DNA from: Zancudomyces culisetae HAW-14-8
Taxonomy: Eukaryota; Fungi; Kickxellomycota
Length of the DNA stretch: 64,000 nt
Direction of reading: 5' to 3'
Assembly (NCBI GenBank): GCA_052426225.1
Contig: JBNJNM010000021.1
Span: forward strand, 1,488,001 to 1,552,000
The notes under the pieces are model-generated. The model made no database searches. It worked only from the letters and a program-made list of their open reading frames with translations, and was not told where the DNA came from. Position numbers and translations under genes: made by a program. Of this stretch, positions 60,101 through 64,000 are shown one piece after another. How positions within the stretch are numbered: the first letter of the stretch is position 1; the number at the start of each line of letters is the position of its first letter.

Positions 60101-62160
60101 CAGAAACATTGACCAAATCATTATAGATAATGGAGTTAGTAAAGCAACAATATACAGAATTAAAGCAGCAATGAATATCAATTTACCGGCTAATAAACGC
60201 GGTCGTCCAGCGAAGCTTTCACCCCAAAGCAAGCGAATATGTACTAGGATGATATTATCTGGAGAGTATCGATCTGCTACTGCGATACAAAAGAAGTTAG
60301 AAATGGATAATGTTGTAAGTGCTAGTAAGTCTACAATAAATAGGGCTTTTAATGATCTAAAAGCCGTTGAAAAAAAAAACCTCCAAACCGAAACTGAGCC
60401 TTTAAAATATTGCTAAAAGGTTGAGATTCGCAAAATCTCATCGCCACTGGACTACTGATGATTGGAGACGAGTAATTTGGTCCGACGAAACTAAAATCAA
60501 CCGATTTGGATCTGATGGAAATGAATGGACCTGGGTTCGTGATGGTGTGAGTCTACAGCCGCACAATATTAACCAGACCGTAAAACACGGTGGAGGATCA
60601 TTAATGATTTGGGGATGCATCACAGCATTTGGAACTGGCTACATGTGCCGAATAGAAGGAATGTTAAACACGGAAGATTATTTAAACATTTTAAAAGACG
60701 AGCTTAGCAATACAATAAAGTACTACAAGTTGGATCCCAAGTCAATATTATTTCAACATGACAATGATCCTAAACATACCTCAAAGTTAGTTACATGCTG
60801 GCTTGAAAACCAGGAATATAATACATTGGACTGGCCGCCACAATCTCCAGACTTAAACCCAATCGAAACTATATGGGCAATCATCAAAAGACGCCTAAAT
60901 AGATACAGTAAACCTCCGTCCGGGATGATCGAATTATGGGAGCGAATAGAAACGGAATGGAATTTAATTTCAGTGGAAACAATACTTGGTCTTATAGATA
61001 TTATGCCCAAAAGAGTTGAGGCAGTTATCAAGTTTAAAGGAAGGTGGACAGAATTTTAAAGTTTTTATTTGAAAAATTCCCAAAATTGTCTCATTTTTAA
61101 AATTTTTTCAATTTATAATTTTTAATGAATTTTTAACAAATAATAATACAGTTTAATCATAATCTGAATATAACATTTGTGCATTATATAATATAAAAAA
61201 CAATTAATTTCTGGATATTATTGAGCGAGATATTACAATTTGCAAATTATTTTAATATTTTGTGACATTTTTGAAACATACTGTAATAGATTTAGAAAAA
61301 GTGTTTAAACTATTACAAGGTAGAAACATTCAACTACACAAAGACAAATGCGTATTAGGAAAGGATGAAATATCTTACTTGGGACACAGGATATCAAAGG
61401 ATGGTATCGGAACTACGAAGATAAACTAGCGGCAGTTAAAAAACTAGAGTCACCAAAAAACATTTAGGAAGTACAAGCAGTGTTAGGACTGACAGGCTAT
61501 TTCAGGAAATTAATAAATAATTATAGCAAGTTATGCTTACCACTAACCAGTTTATTGAGCAAGGATAAGGAGTGGAAGTGGACGGAAATTGAAGAATACG
61601 CACTAATAAGTCTCAAGAAAGCATTGTTAGACACACCAGTGTTAGCCCATTCTGGCTGGGAGCGAACTTTTACCGTTACGACTGACGCATCGATTGACAA
61701 AATCGGAGCAATACTCTCTCAAGAGTACGATTCTGGAGATCGCCTTATTCCATACATAAGCAGGAAAACGACCAAACACGAGAGAAATTACTCAAATAGC
61801 TACCTGGAAGGGCTAGCTGTTGTTTGGGCTGTAGTTAAATTTAAATATTTTGTATGAGTCGAAGATTTATAATTAAAACTGGTCAAAAAAGCATGTTAAA
61901 TCTGATTAAGAAAAAAAACTTACAGGAAGAGTAGGCAGATGGGCCATGCTACTACGGAACTACGATTACGAGATTCAGCACCTACCAGGAAAGAAAAACC
62001 CAGCAGACAGTTTGTCGAGACTTTCAACTGAAACGGCGCCAGACGAGAACGAACCGATAGCTGATTACATTGATTTAAATTGTCTCGAGAAAATAAAAAT
62101 ATTATAATAGTGAATAATAGATTAAATCCATAAAATTTACATTACAGATTGGAGAATAAC
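57200..62160 (+). pseudogene. Degenerate chromodomain-less Gypsy element I (LTR remnant, PBS 57242-57259, gag-PR-RT-RH), split by Tc1
   Basis: tattaca-at-TGGAGGCATTGCCGAGAA; CYHCKRKGHRRYEC, LDTGAA, FVDD, TDAS. Confidence 0.85.
59721..61283 (+). mobile_element. Tc1 copy 3; transposase 60051-61059 frameshifted at A10
   Basis: TIRs, TA TSD, inserted in RT of element I. Confidence 0.96.
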
Positions 62161-62560
62161 TGTCATGATCCAATCATGACATTTTGGGGAAAATCAAAGT
62201 TTTAAACGTTTAGGGCAAAACAAAAACGAAATTAATTTTGGGAAAAAACAAAATAAACCACATTTTAGGAAAAATGTAATTATCCATTTATTGGGTAAAC
62301 CAAAATTGGTTAATATTTTTTTTCAATTCCCCAACTCTCAACTCCAATTAAATTACATTTAATATCGTTTGTGCTATTTTGTTTCATGCCTAGTTATTTA
62401 TTGTCGTTAAATTATTATTTAATTGATAGTGAGATTTAAAACTATAAATACTTAGTGATTTTATTGATAAAGATCTTTAGCAATAAAATATCAACTATCT
62501 TTAACTATAGTTTTCAAACATAATTAAATAATACTATCACTCAATTGTCAAGTTCTGACA
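62161..62560. repeat. Solo LTR with hairpin termini
   Basis: tgtcatgatccaatcatgaca...tgtcaagttctgaca; related to 63014-63407. Confidence 0.7.
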
Positions 62561-63013
62561 ACTTTTTCGCTTTATTTCACATAGTTCTAACTTCCGGTAA
62601 TACTTTCCACATTTGTTGGTCCCAGTTTTCTTTGTTATTAATCATTGTTGTACTAGGGCGTTTTTAATAGTCTGGTTCATGCATTTTTACCTGCCCATTG
62701 CTTTGGGGTCGGTAAGCCGTAGTAGGTGTATTTTTTACGCCCAACCACTTGTATACTGCCTTGGTTGCTTCGGACATGAATATCGAGCCTTGATCGGTTA
62801 CTAATTGTGTCGGAACTCCGTAGTCTTGCACTATTCATATATAATAAATTTTTAATTGTGCATCTTAATAGTTTCGGTACTGGCATTACTACTGGCCACT
62901 TCATACTGTAGTCAATCGCCGTTAAAATGTAGCGGTTTCCGCTCTTCGATAATGGGTTAATTGGCCCCATAGGATCGATTCCCCATATCTCGAATGAGTG
63001 GTTTCCTTATACC
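62561..63013 (-). pseudogene. Integrase core fragment, inverted relative to element I
   Basis: GPINPLSKSGNRYILTAIDYSMKWPV. Confidence 0.8.
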
Positions 63014-63407
63014 TGTCATGTTCCATTCATGACAATAATTCTGTTTTTAATATTATTTTAAAAAATGGCAAATTTTAATTTTATTGACATTTACTCCGCC
63101 TAATTCTTACTCCAATTATTATTAATTATGGAGTAAGAATTAATATTTTATATAATTGGGTTTTACATAAATTATTAAATGTTAACTGTGGAGTTGAATT
63201 ACTTATTATTTAGTAATTTAGTTTATAGTGTTAAGTATAAATTTTATATGATTTCAAGTAATTATGTAAATTGTAAAACTTTATTAGCACAAAGATTTTT
63301 TTGATTTAGGAACTTTAGCAATTTAATATTTTTCATCTCATAGTATTTTATTTAATTAAATCATAGACATAGTAAATACATATAGTAATTAGTGTCAAGT
63401 CCTGACA
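63014..63407. repeat. Solo LTR with hairpin termini
   Basis: tgtcatgttccattcatgaca...tgtcaagtcctgaca. Confidence 0.7.
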
Positions 63408-63590
63408 CTAGTACATATTCGCTTGCTTTGGGTTGAAAGCTTTGCTAGACGACCGCGTATATTAGCCGATAAATTGAGTTTCATTGCTGCTTTTATTCTG
63501 CATATTGTTGCTTTTGTAACTCCTTTTTTTATAATGATTTAGTAATACTTTAATTATCAAGTATTGTGTATATTACACTAAGTTAAAGTT
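63408..63590 (-). pseudogene. Degenerate Tc1 transposase N-terminal fragment
   Basis: Matches 11706-11890 of Tc1 copy 1 with many substitutions. Confidence 0.7.
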
Positions 63591-64000
63591 GTTAATATAT
63601 TTATTTAAAATATTATCATATCTAGAGTACTTAATAATAATTTTAATAATTTTATAATTTAAACTATAAATTTATATCAACTATTTAAGTTAGATTAAAG
63701 ATGATTATGTCAATATACTAATATTCTAATTAAGAAATTATTCATAATATATTTTCTTGTGAATTTTATCTTATCATTATTAGTAAATCAAATAATCGAA
63801 TTTCATATGAGCTTTATACAATATAAAATTTATTAATTTATTGATTTATTAAACGAGTTGTTACAAATTATAAATATTATAAAAAATTAGACATAATTGT
63901 GTACATTGTTCAAGTATGAGGTGATTTAATAACGTTTATTTCTAAACTTGAATTTGACTAAATTTACTATATAGATCGTTTAAAAACTTTTCGTTTAATA

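Noticed and set aside
60369-60380. A AAA AAC as a -1 slippery site in the Tc1 transposase
   Set aside because: The downstream catalytic ORF is in the +1 frame, so a -1 shift would not join them.

Overview
AT-rich eukaryotic DNA, probably fungal (early-diverging fungus is a guess from element types and tRNA sequences). I recognise no host protein-coding gene. The window is almost entirely transposable elements organised around five tRNA genes: an Arg-derived copy at 9939, Arg(TCG) at 38558, His at 41603 (minus strand) and a tandem Ala(TGC)-Lys(CTT) pair at 56206. The main hidden structure is a group of chromodomain-less Ty3/Gypsy elements. They have tRNA primer sites, 4-bp TSDs and a shared integrase C-terminal motif MIP[DE]V..L+.+L+R[FY]+, and they insert repeatedly into a ~10-bp window (-9 to +1) in front of tRNA genes. 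This builds end-to-end stacks of 2, 9 and 11 elements or solo LTRs separated by only 1-8 bp. One stacked LTR family carries a Ser-rich ORF inside the LTR with a strong synonymous-substitution bias, preceded by conserved hairpins. A second group of Tf1/sushi-like chromoviruses (self-priming, 5-bp TSDs) and three Tc1 transposons (TA TSD) insert into other TEs or flanking DNA instead. Coordinates were read by eye and may be off by a few bases in degenerate regions.
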